DNA from: Haliotis rufescens
Lineage: Eukaryota
Reading direction: 5' to 3'
Length of the DNA stretch: 64,000 nucleotides
NCBI RefSeq assembly: GCF_023055435.1
Contig: NW_025963802.1
Coordinates: forward strand, 26,412,001-26,476,000
Shown here: piece by piece, positions 27,549 to 40,079 of the stretch
Layout of the letters: each line of letters opens with the position of its first letter
Numbering within the stretch: the stretch's first letter is position 1
The notes under the pieces: model-generated
Database searches by the model: none
What the model was told of the DNA's origin: nothing
The model's input: only the letters and a program-made list of their open reading frames with translations
Program-made: the position numbers and the translations under genes

Positions 27549-29232
27549 GCACACACAGGAGTACTGGGCAACATGCAGGAGTACTGGGGGATATACAGGT
27601 GTACTGAGCAACACGCAGGAGTACTGGGGGATATACAGGTGTATTGGGCAACATGCAGGAGTACTGGGCAACACACGGAGTACTGGGCAACACACAGGAG
27701 AACTGGGCAACACGCAGGAGTACTGGGGGATATACAGGTGTATTGGGCAACACACAGGAGTACTTGGCAACACACAGGAGTACTTGGCAACACACAGCAG
27801 TACTGGGTAACACACAGGAGTACTGGGGGATATACAGGTGTATTTGGCAACACACAGGAGTACTGGACACACAGGAGTACTGGGGGACATACAGGTGTAC
27901 TGGGCAACACGCAGGTGAACTGGGCAACACACAGGAGTACTGGACAGCATGCAGGTGAACTGGGCAACACACAGGAGTACTGGACAGCATGCAGGTGAAC
28001 TGGGCAACACACAGGAGTACTGGACAGCATGCAGGTGAACTGGGCAACACACCGGAGTACTGGACACACAGAAGTACTGGGCAACACACAGGAGTACTGG
28101 ACAACATGCAGGTGAACTGGGCAACACACAGGAGTACTGGACAGCATGCAGGTGAACTGGGCAACACGCAGGAGTACTGGGCAGCACACAGGTGAACTGG
28201 GCAACACACAGGTGTACTGGACACACAGGAGTCCTGGACAACACACAGGTGTACTGGGCAACACACAGGTGTACTGGGCAACACACAGGTGTACTGGGCA
28301 ACACACAGGTGTACTGGACACACAGGAGTCCTGGACAACACACAGGAGTACTGGACAACACACAGGAGTACTGGACAACACACAGGAGTACTGGGCAACA
28401 CACAGGAGTACTGGGCAACACACAGGAGTACTGGACAACACACAGGTGTACTGGACACACAGGAGTCCTGGACAACACACAGGAGTACTGGACAACACAC
28501 AGGAGTACTGGACAACACACAGGAGTACTGGGCAACACACAGGAGTACTGGACAACACACAGGTGTACTGGGCAACACACAGGAGTACTGGGCAACACAC
28601 AGGAGTACTGGGCAACACACAGGTGTACTGGGCAACACACCGGAGTACTGGACACACAGGAGTACTGGGCAACACACAGGAGTACTGGACAACACACAGG
28701 AGTCCTGGACACACAGAAGTACTGGGCAACACACAGGAGTACTGGAGAACACACAGGAGTACTGGACACACAGGAGTACTGGGCAACACACAGGAGTACT
28801 GGACAACACACAGGAGTCCTGGACAACACGCAGGTGAACTGGGCAACACACCGGAGTACTGGACACACAGAAGTACTGGGCAACACACAGGAGTACTGGA
28901 CAACATGCAGGTGAACTGGGCAACACACAGGAGTACTGGACACACAGGAGTACTGGGCAACACACAGGAGTACTGGACAACACACAGGAGTCCTGGACAA
29001 CACGCAGGTGAACTGGGCAACACACCGGAGTACTGGACACACAGAAGTACTGGGCAACACACAGGAGTACTGGACAACATGCAGGTGAACTGGGCAACAC
29101 ACAGGAGTACTGGACAGCATGCAGGTGAACTGGGCAACATGCAGGAGTACTGGGCAACACACAGGTGAACTGGGCAACACACAGGTGTTGGGCAACACAC
29201 AGGAGTACTGGACAACATGCAGGAGTTCTGAC
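27549..29232. repeat. Minisatellite, 20-bp unit ACACACAGGAGTACTGG(G/A)CA, about 85 copies
   Basis: Direct inspection; abuts the 21-bp array and ends about 70 bp from the ferlin exon donor at 29302. Confidence 0.97.
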
Positions 29233-29302
29233 AAACCTACAGGAATCTAACTTTAGTTTAAGATGCCTCAACAGTGAAACAGGTTCAAAATAGAGTTATT
29301 AC

Positions 29303-29408
29303 CTGCAGTGGGCGCTCGTTGGCGTCAACAAGGTTGAGGCTAAGATGGCGTTCCTGACGACCTCCTTTTGCCAATTCACGCAATGGTACTTTGGCGGTAC
29401 CAAGTTGT
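29303..29408 (-). CDS. Ferlin C2A exon: (R)QLGTAKVPLRELAKGGRQERHLSLNLVDANERPLQ
   Basis: ttgcag acceptor, gtaata donor, 106 bp, phase 2-0. Matches dysferlin-type RFLGEAKVPLREV...LLD..K.P. The upstream C2A exons were not found in this window. Confidence 0.9.
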
Positions 29409-32400
29409 CTGCAACATCAATCGTTACATACAGACTGAAGGTAGAATTGAAACTTCTGGATGCAAATGGTCAGCTTGATCATATCAAATTCTTTACTGGA
29501 TACACAACACATGTTACTTGATGTTATTTATGTAAAATCCTCAGCTCAAAGTTTATTTTGATTTCATACTGCTGATCATCTCTCATGGAGAATGGCAATA
29601 TACCAAGGCATTCATGAAATGAAAACAAAAAATGCAATATAGAATTCAATTTTTAACATTTTCATATTAAAGCATTAAGAATGGTGTTGAGGCACTGTAG
29701 CTCACCAGGTACTATCAAAGAGACCTGAATATTATATGTGGTGAAAATGAGTAAAGAGTGTGTCAGCTTCAAAAGTGGTCTGTTTGATGTCATAAGGCTG
29801 AATAATATCAATATAGTATTATTTACTGTTATGGTAACAAGTATTCAGGTAAAGTACCATTGAACAAACTTATAATCATTATATACTACTCAAAACAAGC
29901 AATACCCACCTGTTTTGACAGATTAAATACAGTCAAATAAAAAAGCTGGTGTGCTTTAACGTCTTTAGAGAAATATCTCTTATACACTTTCAGCTCAGGA
30001 ATGGATATATTTAAAGTGGCATCTGCTGTAGGAACTACCGCACTCTAATGGGCGGAGCTTATACGAGTGATCTGACAGGTCAATATGACGTCATGATAAC
30101 ACACAAATTTCATTGGTTAATGTGTAAACGGGTGATGTCATGTAAACATCCCTCCACGTGGGCCGTTTGACAACAAGTACGTAAGTTTTAATGGTAGTAA
30201 ATATCCATCAAACGATCCCCAGACTTTTCAACAACCGTGTTCTTGGTTTCAAAATATACCTGCCATGGTGTCTTCACATCTTCATAAAATGATACTGTGG
30301 AATGTCCACAATTTATCCAACACAGTCCAACACACAAATAATAGTTCTTCCCTAGTCTCTGGACGAGAATGAAATGAACGATGAATAAGAGCAGTGTAAA
30401 TGAACAAAACACCATAATGTGTATCACGGCACCAATAGTAATCCTGTGGTGTACGGTATATCGGCAGTTTATAAATAGCATTTCTCACAACATATACTGC
30501 AATTGGTGATTTCAACAGTGTTTTTTTCCCCGTTGTGTTTGGCTTGCTTTCATCTGGAACCTGGAAGACAACGATCGTGTGAAAAACCCTGGTAATGGTC
30601 CCAAATACTTTCAAGTGATGAAAGTAGTTGTTTTTTTTGTTTCCGTCACATGTTTTCATTTTTTTTGCAAATTCACACTTGTCCAAAAGCTCCTCATGCC
30701 GAAGTCCCTCGATCCTAGAAACTTAGCGGGTGCCATGCATTGACCCAGATCCCCTGTTGATAGGCATGCCACATGTCATTTGCATAAGGCCATCCATATA
30801 TTTTGTATGTGTTTCTCCCCTCAAGCCTCAACTAACAAGAAAGAGGGCGGACAAAATAAAATATATTACTTATTAAAAATGTCTTCCAATAATTGTGTAA
30901 GTTATTTTATGACATTTAAAAAAAAGTTTAAACACTGGGTACTAGAATCTAGTCTATGAATTAATTGAAGAAAGATAAAGTTGTCCTGGTTCTTTTATGA
31001 CAGTGTAATTGTAGATCTGGTAGTATTTCTTTTATTAGATTGGCACACAATTTTCCACAGCGGTAGGAAAAATTGAGACATGAAATTAAATTTTATATTA
31101 TTTCATGTCGGAATGGAGATAAAATATGGACAGCCTCACATACTTCTAGAAGATGTTCAGATAAATATTTGTTCACATTAATTCTGTCATGTGCGTTAAC
31201 ATGGATTTCAACATTATTTTCATCAAGCTTATTCAGGTAACTGGCTACACAGATCTTCATAAACTACTTCGGCATGAACATGTTTGGTCTCAAAGCTCTA
31301 AGCAACAATGTTTCTCTCAGATACATATTTTCTCCATCCATGACTAGCATCTGTCATAATGTCAATGCCTCAACAATCTTCCTGGTCAATTGATTTCAAC
31401 AATGTAATACACACAGCATCATTCACGGCATCATCACAAGATTCCTTCCAAAAGCCCATGTGATCAGGGTTGCGACCTTGGGATGAATTAATAAAGTAAT
31501 TTGCATTTTTAGGAAAGAAATGTTTTCGTGAATACTATTATTAAAAAACATCCTGTACATGGTACTTTGGATTGCACAGTGGATTTCTTTAATTACTTTC
31601 TAAAACTTTTTGTTTTCCCCCTTTCTGACCATGATCTGTTAGCAACCACGCTCCATGAGCGCATCCAAGTTGATTGCTGCTTGTAAACAACTGTCAAGAA
31701 CTTTGCAAGTTTGCTTGTCTTCAATAAGAGCAACAAAACATTTTCATGTGACTCTTAATTTGACGTAGAGTTGTTTGAGATAATCAGGGTGACTTTGGTC
31801 ATTTCCATTATGACATTGGGGACTTTATTGTGGAGAAAGTTCCAATTCAAGATGACATAATTCCAATTGTCAACTCGAATCGATAAGATGGTGTCTCTTT
31901 TCCTGCCCTTGCAAGTGTAACAGAACAAAATAATGATTACACATTTTCCACACTTATAATATCAATGTTTTTTTTCAATTCCAAAAGGATAAAAATATCT
32001 ATCAAAGCTATGCCATGAAAAAATAAAAGTGTTGTTATGGTGCAAGACACCCATCAACTGTTTTAGTTCTCTGGGTTTCAAACGATTGCATTTTCACCTG
32101 TTTCTTTTCTGTAAGAGTATCTGTGAATTCTACTGGCTTGAACAGCTTTGAAACCTCTTGCTTTGCTTCTATACATATCAATACTTCACTAGCTTAGACA
32201 TAGTGGTGTCTGAGAAGAAAATTCAAAAGATTTGACACAATTTGAGCTTTTTCTACTAAAAAAATAACATCACCATGAAAAAGTTCCTGCATAATGACGC
32301 AAGACATCCTCTTAAAGTCCTCTCATCCTCACACTAAATTCCTTCAGTAGGAGAAAGCAACTGAAAATTAATGACAGGTAGATGCCATATAAGGAACCAT

Positions 32401-33611
32401 GCCACAAGCTCACCCATTATGGACCTTTGGTCAGCCAAATGTGGTGCCACCTGGATATGTAAAGTCAACAACTGAAGAAAGAAGCCACTAATATCAGTTG
32501 CTGACATATCATGGATGTTCAAATGTTTTCTGCACAAATATCAAGAGTGAGTTTGGTTTAATTCCACTTTGAACAGTATCTCAGTTACCATAGTTGCCAT
32601 AATAAGCACCCTGGGATTTTAGAATGTCAAACAGACTAAAAGTTGGTGGTGACAGGTTACTAGAGAAGGTAGTCTGTTTATAACAGGACTGTGGTAATGT
32701 AATGCATCATAAATATAGATATATAGATATATAGATCACAGATATACTAAGGATATACAATAGGACTAACAAGTTCGCCAATCCAGTGAAATGAGCACTG
32801 GAATGGTGCTGCTGAGGAACCTAGAAATATAATAAAGGTCAATCCAGGATTTGAAACCACGATGATAGGTGTGACATGCCTGAGGGAGCACCTTAGATGA
32901 CTGCACCACTTGTGTGCCCACAACAAATATTCCCAACTAACAGAGAAACCTAAAAATGAAACTAATTTTCCATGATATTCCTTAATCTGTAAGAATCATT
33001 GTAACAACAGTGTATGACATTGAGTAACATTCAGTCTGGCTCTGTTGTCAGGGGATGGGCAGCAGGTATGTTGAATCCACAACAGTAAATGTCCTATATT
33101 GTTCCAGCCATCTAGTGAGGTGTGATTTGAGAGTGCTCGCAGTGCATAGTCAATTTCTGCCAATACGTTTTTAAAAATGTCTGACATTTCTTTCATATTG
33201 GCCAGCTGGTGCATGAAGCTTGCCACAGGCTGACACAGGAATATAGAAATCAATACTGCCTTCAGTTTTGCCATTGATGGAGCAACAATGTGATGGCATG
33301 AGGTTAAAGTGTGATTTCATACACGTTTACACCCTTAGTCATCATGATCTCCTATTGTGTGATGCAATGGCCTCGTGAAGTGGTGTTGAGAAATGATTAA
33401 AATGTGATTAAAATGTAGATCTTACAATCAAGGCCACACTTAATCAGTTGGCACGATGTTAGTATTTTGTTACTTCATTCAAGAATTCACTTAAATGTAT
33501 ATAACTACTTAAAACGCAAAATTATTTTGACATTAATTCTCATAAATTAATACATCAAGAATAGTAAGTAACACAATAAAAAGTACAAACAACATGAATC
33601 AGCGACATCGA

Positions 33612-33818
33612 NNNNNNNNNNNNNNNNNNNNNNNNNNNNNNNNNNNNNNNNNNNNNNNNNNNNNNNNNNNNNNNNNNNNNNNNNNNNNNNNNNNNNNNNN
33701 NNNNNNNNNNNNNNNNNNNNNNNNNNNNNNNNNNNNNNNNNNNNNNNNNNNNNNNNNNNNNNNNNNNNNNNNNNNNNNNNNNNNNNNNNNNNNNNNNNNN
33801 NNNNNNNNNNNNNNNNNN
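33612..33818. other. Assembly gap (N run)
   Basis: Continuous Ns. Confidence 1.
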
Positions 33819-35083
33819 GTCTGTTGGTGGGAAAGACCTAAACATGTTTTTGGTTGATGGAGGCATAAACTGAAAACATTTGCTTTGTTAGCCATGGAAT
33901 AACTTCCAAAGTATTAATTATGGAAACATTGCTGTATTTCTGACTGGGCATTTATTTGCATCTTTTAGAAACAGACCAAACAAGAAACATGCACGTTCAG
34001 GTGGATAGCTGACACAACTAATAACTCAATTTTTACAGTTGTACAAAACAATAAAGTTTTATTTAAATTGGTTGAGGTAAACCAAACTTAATTCACTATT
34101 TTATGATGTGATAAATGTATTTAAAGAGGATAGCACTGATCCAGATTAGGTTTAATAGATATTACAAAATTACCATGTGAAAACCTACTTTCATTGTCGG
34201 CACAACAATTATACTTGACTTTGATAACACATGTAACAATCACAATATAGCCTTTAATTGTTTGATAGGCATTACATAGAATGTAGTTGATGGATGACAA
34301 AGTAGAGACAATTTATGGATAACAACTTCTTCATTTACTCAATTACTGTAAAGGCGACGTTTTGGTATAGATCTAAAGGCTTTACTGTTCAATTGCCACT
34401 GTAATTAGTGACAACCAACACCAGTAAACACAATCTAGGCCACACAGTCAACACATCTTAAAGGGACATTCTGTCGACAGTACAGTGTTTTTACATCATG
34501 CATGTCACACACTTAGTTCCTGCCGGATTCAATTCTTGCCGACAACAGAAGCGCTGCGCAGAGTAAACTCGCTTGTCATGTTTTTTATTAGAGGCAAATT
34601 GAAGAGAAAGCTTGCATGTTTTTCTCGCGAATGAGTTGACCAATACTAATTGCCAGCTTGACTACATTAGAAGCCAGTGTACATAAAAGCCTAGATTACA
34701 AAATAAATATGCATCAATCTTATGAAGCCAATCACTTTCCTACCCAGAGTTCATTGCGGCCAGCCTAGTACCTCTGTCACATCCTAACATCTTACACAGT
34801 CCATTCAAGCATTTTTCATCTGTTTCAGTTTGGATGAGTCTACACATTTCGATAAACACATCATAAAATATTTAAATTTCATTGAGACAATATCTATGAA
34901 AACCCTTTCCATGTGGATGTTTTATTCTCTATGTGTTGTCATGGAAGCCCTAAGGAGAGCTAGCAATACGTACAGTCTCAATGATGTGTAAAGCTATATT
35001 GTCATGCACCTCATTTTTACAGTTGTAGCAGTATATCTATATAATTATTCAAAACACTATGTAAAGCACACCAAGAAGCATGT

Positions 35084-35304
35084 TGTGGTAACCCCAGACT
35101 ACATACAATCATTTAATAAACAAGACAACCCGGTATTAGAGGGATAGTCAAGATGTACATGTATTTACTCTTCTTGAGTGTTTACATTCATGGCGGAAAC
35201 AGCCGTCGCGAGGGTTCCCAGAATTCCCTGCTAAGGGAGCAGTTATTATGCTTAAGTGGAAATCACGGGGAGTGGCTTATTGTTTAAACTGTTACTCTAT
35301 GACA
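35084..35304 (-). repeat. 3' LTR of the Mag-like element
   Basis: 221-bp direct repeat of 39859-40079, preceded on the minus strand by the polypurine tract. Confidence 0.96.
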
Positions 35305-35659
35305 CTCCTCCCCCATAGTTTTGTTGCACCTTAAACATAACTACCATAATGAATCTACACATGTTGAAAGAACTGACAATTGCTCCAGAAGATGTAAAGT
35401 GTCTCTTCACACATCTCATTGGAACATTTTAAATGAAATTTAACCAATATTGTTCCAGATGTTATTTAGAGTCTCTCATATCACACAATAACTGGAACAC
35501 TTTAACTGAATATGCACTTGCATTAATGATTAAAGATAACTGGATATGCATCTGCTTATGTCTGAATAAGGGAACCAATAACAAGATCCAAAACTATCAA
35601 TCACTGATGGTTCACTTAGGTGACAAATAGTGTGAAATACATCACATTCTCATTACAGT

Positions 35660-38566
35660 TCATAACTCAGCAGCAATCTTTAGATTAAGTCTATCCGGCG
35701 CTTTCCGGATTCTGGAAGAACGACGAAATTCTTGCGCACCACAAGAATCTGACTGAGTAGGAGATAGTGCCTCTGGTAAGACTTGCTGTGGCTCAGGCCT
35801 TGTAGAAGTAACTTCATCTTGCAGGTGAGGGGTACCCGGAAGTACTGGAATGTTGCCAAGTTCAGGCAACATAGGTAACTTGTCGGGTAGTTCTGGTAGA
35901 ACTGATTGTTCATGTGTTGATGGAACTGTTTTATCATGTTGGCTTTCATGCGTCAGAACATGGCGCAACCGCAGGTGATCAATATGGCGCTTGACAACAC
36001 CACCATTGTCAAGACGAACATGGAACGACACTGGACCGGTTCTCTCTGTTATGATTCCTGACAACCATTTGTCACCAGGCCGAAAGTTTAAAACATACAC
36101 AAGATCTCCAACTTGCAAGTGACGGTCCTTTGCATGTGCATCATGTACTGACTTTTGCTGTTCTTGTTTGTTCCTAACTTTACAGCTCATATCTGGATGA
36201 AGAAGATTGAGATGAGACTTCGGTCTTCTTCGAAGAAGTAATTCTGCTGGAGATAACCCCGTTGTAGTCTGCGGGGTAAGTCTGTATCTGAACAAAAACC
36301 GTGCAAGTTTTGTGTCCAATGTGCCCCGTGTCATATGTTTAATGCCAGATTTAAAGGTTTGTACAGCTCGTTCTGCTAACCCATTAGAGGCAGGGTGATA
36401 CGGTGCCACACATGTATGAGTGATGCCATTACGTTTCATAAAGACAGAGAATTCCTCACTTGTAAAACAAGTGCCATTGTCAGTGACCACTTGGTCTGGC
36501 AGTCCATGAGTTGCAAACATATGTCTGAGACAATCAATTGTAGCAGTGGATGTGGCACTGTTCACTGGAAACACTTCCAACCATTTAGAATGTGCGTCAA
36601 TACACACAAGGAACATTTTACCCAGGAAAGGTCCGGCATAGTCTAAATGCAAACGACTCCATGGATGTTCGGGCCATTCCCCAAAGTGAAGCGAAGCCTC
36701 GGCTTGTACTGGACGAGACTGTTGACACACAGAACAGGTTTTCACCTTGAGTTCCAATTCATCATCCATCTTTGGCCACCATACGAATCCACACGCTACA
36801 GACTTCATGCGCGAGATACCTGGATGAGCTTCATGCAACATGTTCACAACAATCTCTCGACCTTGTGGCGGCACAACAATACGATTGCCCCACAAAACAC
36901 AGCCATCAAGGACACTCAATTCATGTTTCCTTTTCACAAAAGGAGTGAAAGACTCCTCTAGAGTTATGCTTGGCCATCCAGAAAGAAGGAAATTTCTTAC
37001 TCTGGAAAGGGTTGGATCTCTGTCTGTCCATTGTTTAATTTGCCATGATTTCACAGGAGAAGCATCCATTGCTTCCAGTAAGAGGATTGTGTCCCCTGGT
37101 AGAGGTGGATTTGGTGGTGTGTATGGTAAGGGAAGACGACTCATGCAGTCGGCATTCGCAAGGGAAGTACCTTTTCTGTACTCGATTGTATAGTTATATG
37201 CAGAGAGGGTTAATGCCCAACGTTGAATTCTGCTAGATGCCATCTGTGAAATGTCCTTGTCCTGACTGAAGATGCTCTCGAGGGGTTTGTGATCTGACAA
37301 CAGAGTAAAGGAACGCCCGTAGATATATTGATGGAACTTCTTAGTTCCGAAGATAATTGCTAGAGCTTCACGATCCAATTGAGAGTAATTCTTTTCTGCT
37401 TGCGACAGAGACCTGGATGCGAATGCTATTGGTTTCTCTTCACCATCATCAGACTGATGTGAGAGGACGGCACCTACCCCATAGGGAGATGCATCACACC
37501 CCAATACAAGTTTCTTATGGGGATCATAATGCGTCAAGAGATCACAAGAAGACAAATGTCCTTTCACCATGTTGAAAGCTTTTTTCTGTTGAGCTCCCCA
37601 TGACCAGGTAACTTCTTTCCTGAGAAGCCGATGCAAGGGCGCCAAGGTAGTGGCGAGATTAGGCAAGAAACGCTGATAATACTGCACGAGTCCAAGGAAG
37701 GATTTAAGTTCAGCAACATTGCGTGGAGCTGGAGCCGACACTATAGCCTTCACCTTTTCATCAAGGGGATGCAAACCCTGCGCATCTATTTTGTGACCCA
37801 AATACTCTACTGAGCCGACCATGAATTTGCACTTCTGTGCGTTCAATCTGAGACCAGCCTTGCTCAGTCTGGAGAGGACTTCCTTCATGTTTTCCAAATG
37901 TTCCTGTTCAGAGGCCCCGGTGACGAGAATATCATCCAAGTAGACACAGATATGGGGAATGTCTTTGAGCAAGCACTCCATAGTTCGCTGGAATACAGCT
38001 GGAGCTGCCGATATGCCAAAGGGTAAGCGCTGGTACTGATAGAGGCCACGATGAGTGTTTATAGTCGTGAGCTTTTGCGACTCCTCGTCAAGGGTTAACT
38101 GTTGGTAGGCTTGACTTAAATCCAGTTTCGTGAAAGTCTTTCCACCTGACAAAGATGCGAACAGATCTTCGATCCGTGGAATGGGGTAAACATTAGTACG
38201 AGCGACCTTGTTGACAGTTAATTTGTAGTCTCCGCAAATTCGTATGTTCCCATTGGATTTAACCACTGGTACGATTGGAGCAGCCCAATCAGAATACTGC
38301 ACTGGCTTGATAATACCCTGTTTTTCAAGGCGTTCAAGTTCATCGTCAACTTTCTGACGAAGAGCATAAGCAACATTCCTGTGCTTATAAAATCTTGGCA
38401 CATTTGAGGTGATCTCAATAGTGACCTTTTGACCCTTGAATTCCCCTATATCATCTTGGAACACATCAGAATAAGAGTTCAAAATGTCTTGTAACCCTTC
38501 ATTTCTCACATTCAAAATTTTCCCCCAATCTAATCTGATGGCCTGAAGCCAATCTCTGCCAAGCAA
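35660..38566 (-). CDS. pol: Pol (protease C-end, RT, RNase H, integrase), separated from gag by a 1-nt frameshift
   Basis: LGRDWL, WAAPIVPV, LDLSQAY, LPFG, YLDD, CDASPYGVGAVL, HHCC, HLDYAGP/VTDNG/NGLAER integrase triad. Confidence 0.95.
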   Translation of the reverse strand: MLGRDWLQAIRLDWGKILNVRNEGLQDILNSYSDVFQDDIGEFKGQKVTIEITSNVPRFYKHRNVAYALRQKVDDELERLEKQGIIKPVQYSDWAAPIVPVVKSNGNIRICGDYKLTVNKVARTNVYPIPRIEDLFASLSGGKTFTKLDLSQAYQQLTLDEESQKLTTINTHRGLYQYQRLPFGISAAPAVFQRTMECLLKDIPHICVYLDDILVTGASEQEHLENMKEVLSRLSKAGLRLNAQKCKFMVGSVEYLGHKIDAQGLHPLDEKVKAIVSAPAPRNVAELKSFLGLVQYYQRFLPNLATTLAPLHRLLRKEVTWSWGAQQKKAFNMVKGHLSSCDLLTHYDPHKKLVLGCDASPYGVGAVLSHQSDDGEEKPIAFASRSLSQAEKNYSQLDREALAIIFGTKKFHQYIYGRSFTLLSDHKPLESIFSQDKDISQMASSRIQRWALTLSAYNYTIEYRKGTSLANADCMSRLPLPYTPPNPPLPGDTILLLEAMDASPVKSWQIKQWTDRDPTLSRVRNFLLSGWPSITLEESFTPFVKRKHELSVLDGCVLWGNRIVVPPQGREIVVNMLHEAHPGISRMKSVACGFVWWPKMDDELELKVKTCSVCQQSRPVQAEASLHFGEWPEHPWSRLHLDYAGPFLGKMFLVCIDAHSKWLEVFPVNSATSTATIDCLRHMFATHGLPDQVVTDNGTCFTSEEFSVFMKRNGITHTCVAPYHPASNGLAERAVQTFKSGIKHMTRGTLDTKLARFLFRYRLTPQTTTGLSPAELLLRRRPKSHLNLLHPDMSCKVRNKQEQQKSVHDAHAKDRHLQVGDLVYVLNFRPGDKWLSGIITERTGPVSFHVRLDNGGVVKRHIDHLRLRHVLTHESQHDKTVPSTHEQSVLPELPDKLPMLPELGNIPVLPGTPHLQDEVTSTRPEPQQVLPEALSPTQSDSCGAQEFRRSSRIRKAPDRLNLKIAAEL

Positions 38567-38582
38567 GTTCTCGCCATCACCT

Positions 38583-39758
38583 TCAAACCACTGTCAGCGG
38601 GAGAGTAGCGGACTGATTTCCATAATTTACTTGAACGTCTGTAGTGCCTACTATCGGTATTCTCTCTCTGTTGTAGGACCGAAGAATAGCATTGGTCTCA
38701 CTTAACTTGGGCCTGTCATCACCCTCCTTCCACACTGAATGGAAAGTACTTGAACTGATCACTGAAGTTGCTGCGCAAGTGTCTATCTCCATAGTTAGCT
38801 TTTTACCATTAACTAACACTTCAATGAGATAGGGCTCCACTCTGTGTCGCTTACCACTCAATCTGTTTTGAGCATGTTGAGTTTCTACCTTAAAAAGTCC
38901 ATATTCATTGTTCTCGTCTACCTGAGATACATCGTCAATACGATTAGCATGATTAGTGGAAGATCTGTTGTCCTTGTAATGGGTACCACGACCATGACAA
39001 CGGCCCCTGTCGCGACCACGACTGTGACCACGACCTGAAGATCTATCATTCATGGCGCTTCGAGAGCGACAAGCACGCTGGATATGACCAACCTTATTAC
39101 AGTTGTTACACACAGCGTTTTTGTAATAGCACTGACTACTGACATGATTTGAGCCCCCACAGCGATCACACTTCCTGCCTGCATTATTTCTCCTGTTAGC
39201 CTCTCTCATCTTGTGCACTGGCCTTGGCAACTGATCTCCCCCTTTAATATCATGCACTTCCTTAGCAGCCATTTCCATTCCTAAACACAAGGAGTAAGCC
39301 TTAGCAAAGTCCAATGTTTTCTCAGTTAACAGTCTTTTTTGCATTGCTTCATTGTTGATACCACACACTAGACGATCCCTTAACTGAGTCTCTAAATCAG
39401 TATATTCACATGTCGATGCCAAACGACGTAGCTCAGCCACATATGCCGATACAGTTTCATTAGGCTGTCTATCACGCATATTGTACCTTCTCCTTTCCAT
39501 CATAATAGTGGGTTTCGGGTGTAAATGTGACTTCATCAGGTGTACTAACGCATCATAAGAATGATCGCCAGGTTTCTGTGGCGTAGACAAGTTCCGTAAC
39601 TTGTATGACTTCGCACCAATCACACTCAACAGAATAGCACGCTTCCTACCCTGATCTGTAATTTCGTTTGCTTCGAAATAATGTCCAAGTCTCTCGACAT
39701 ATTCATTCCAGTCATCAGTCTGAGAATCATATTCATCTATTTTGCCGAAGGTAGCCAT
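38583..39758 (-). CDS. gag: Gag with two CCHC zinc knuckles plus the N-terminal part of the aspartic protease (Mag-like)
   Basis: DWNEYVERL..YFEAN N-terminus, LRDRLVCGI, CDRCGGSNHVSSQC, CNNCNKVGHIQRAC, protease site IDTCA. Confidence 0.93.
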   Translation of the reverse strand: MATFGKIDEYDSQTDDWNEYVERLGHYFEANEITDQGRKRAILLSVIGAKSYKLRNLSTPQKPGDHSYDALVHLMKSHLHPKPTIMMERRRYNMRDRQPNETVSAYVAELRRLASTCEYTDLETQLRDRLVCGINNEAMQKRLLTEKTLDFAKAYSLCLGMEMAAKEVHDIKGGDQLPRPVHKMREANRRNNAGRKCDRCGGSNHVSSQCYYKNAVCNNCNKVGHIQRACRSRSAMNDRSSGRGHSRGRDRGRCHGRGTHYKDNRSSTNHANRIDDVSQVDENNEYGLFKVETQHAQNRLSGKRHRVEPYLIEVLVNGKKLTMEIDTCAATSVISSSTFHSVWKEGDDRPKLSETNAILRSYNRERIPIVGTTDVQVNYGNQSATLPLTVV

Positions 39759-39842
39759 GTTGGTTTAAATACCGGGCGAACGCACGTGGTCTGACCAAGA
39801 TCGTTGTTACTACTCGCCGGCACGACAAACGCACTAAATTGA

Positions 39843-39853
39843 CCTCGTCGCCA
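39843..39853 (-). promoter_or_regulatory. Primer-binding site, complementary to the 3' end of tRNA-Ser(GCU)
   Basis: TGGCGACGAGG is the reverse complement of CCTCGTCG-CCA, the conserved metazoan tRNA-Ser(GCU) 3' end; it lies 5 nt from the LTR. Confidence 0.75.
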
Positions 39854-39858
39854 ATATA

Positions 39859-40079
39859 TGTGGTAACCCCAGACTACATACAATCATTTAATAAACAAGA
39901 CAACCCGGTATTAGAGGGATAGTCAAGATGTACATGTATTTACTCTTCTTGAGTGTTTACATTCATGGCGGAAACAGCCGTCGCGAGGGTTCCCAGAATT
40001 CCCTGCTAAGGGAGCAGTTATTATGCTTAAGTGGAAATCACGGGGAGTGGCTTATTGTTTAAACTGTTACTCTATGACA
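39859..40079 (-). repeat. 5' LTR of the Mag-like element
   Basis: 221-bp direct repeat, followed on the minus strand by the PBS. Confidence 0.96.

Larger units (their letters stand above)
35084..40079 (-). mobile_element. Full-length Ty3/Gypsy LTR retrotransposon, Mag-like
   Basis: Two 221-bp TG..CA LTRs (35084-35304, 39859-40079), identical by eye. 5-bp TSD CATGT (35079-35083, 40080-40084). PBS TGGCGACGAGG and PPT GGGGGAGGAG; gag and pol present. Confidence 0.97.

Noticed and set aside
25014-29271. ORFs of up to about 580 aa rich in Cys and Val
   Set aside because: Translations of 20/21-bp minisatellites, open in several frames, inside a ferlin intron.
30030-33400. Possible decayed DNA-transposon coding remnants (ORFs 30282-30686 and 32996-33274)
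   Set aside because: No motif I can assign with confidence; needs a translated search against Repbase/Dfam.
38583-38590. Programmed gag-pol ribosomal frameshift
   Set aside because: The break lies inside the protease with no canonical slippery heptamer; a 1-nt insertion explains it more simply.
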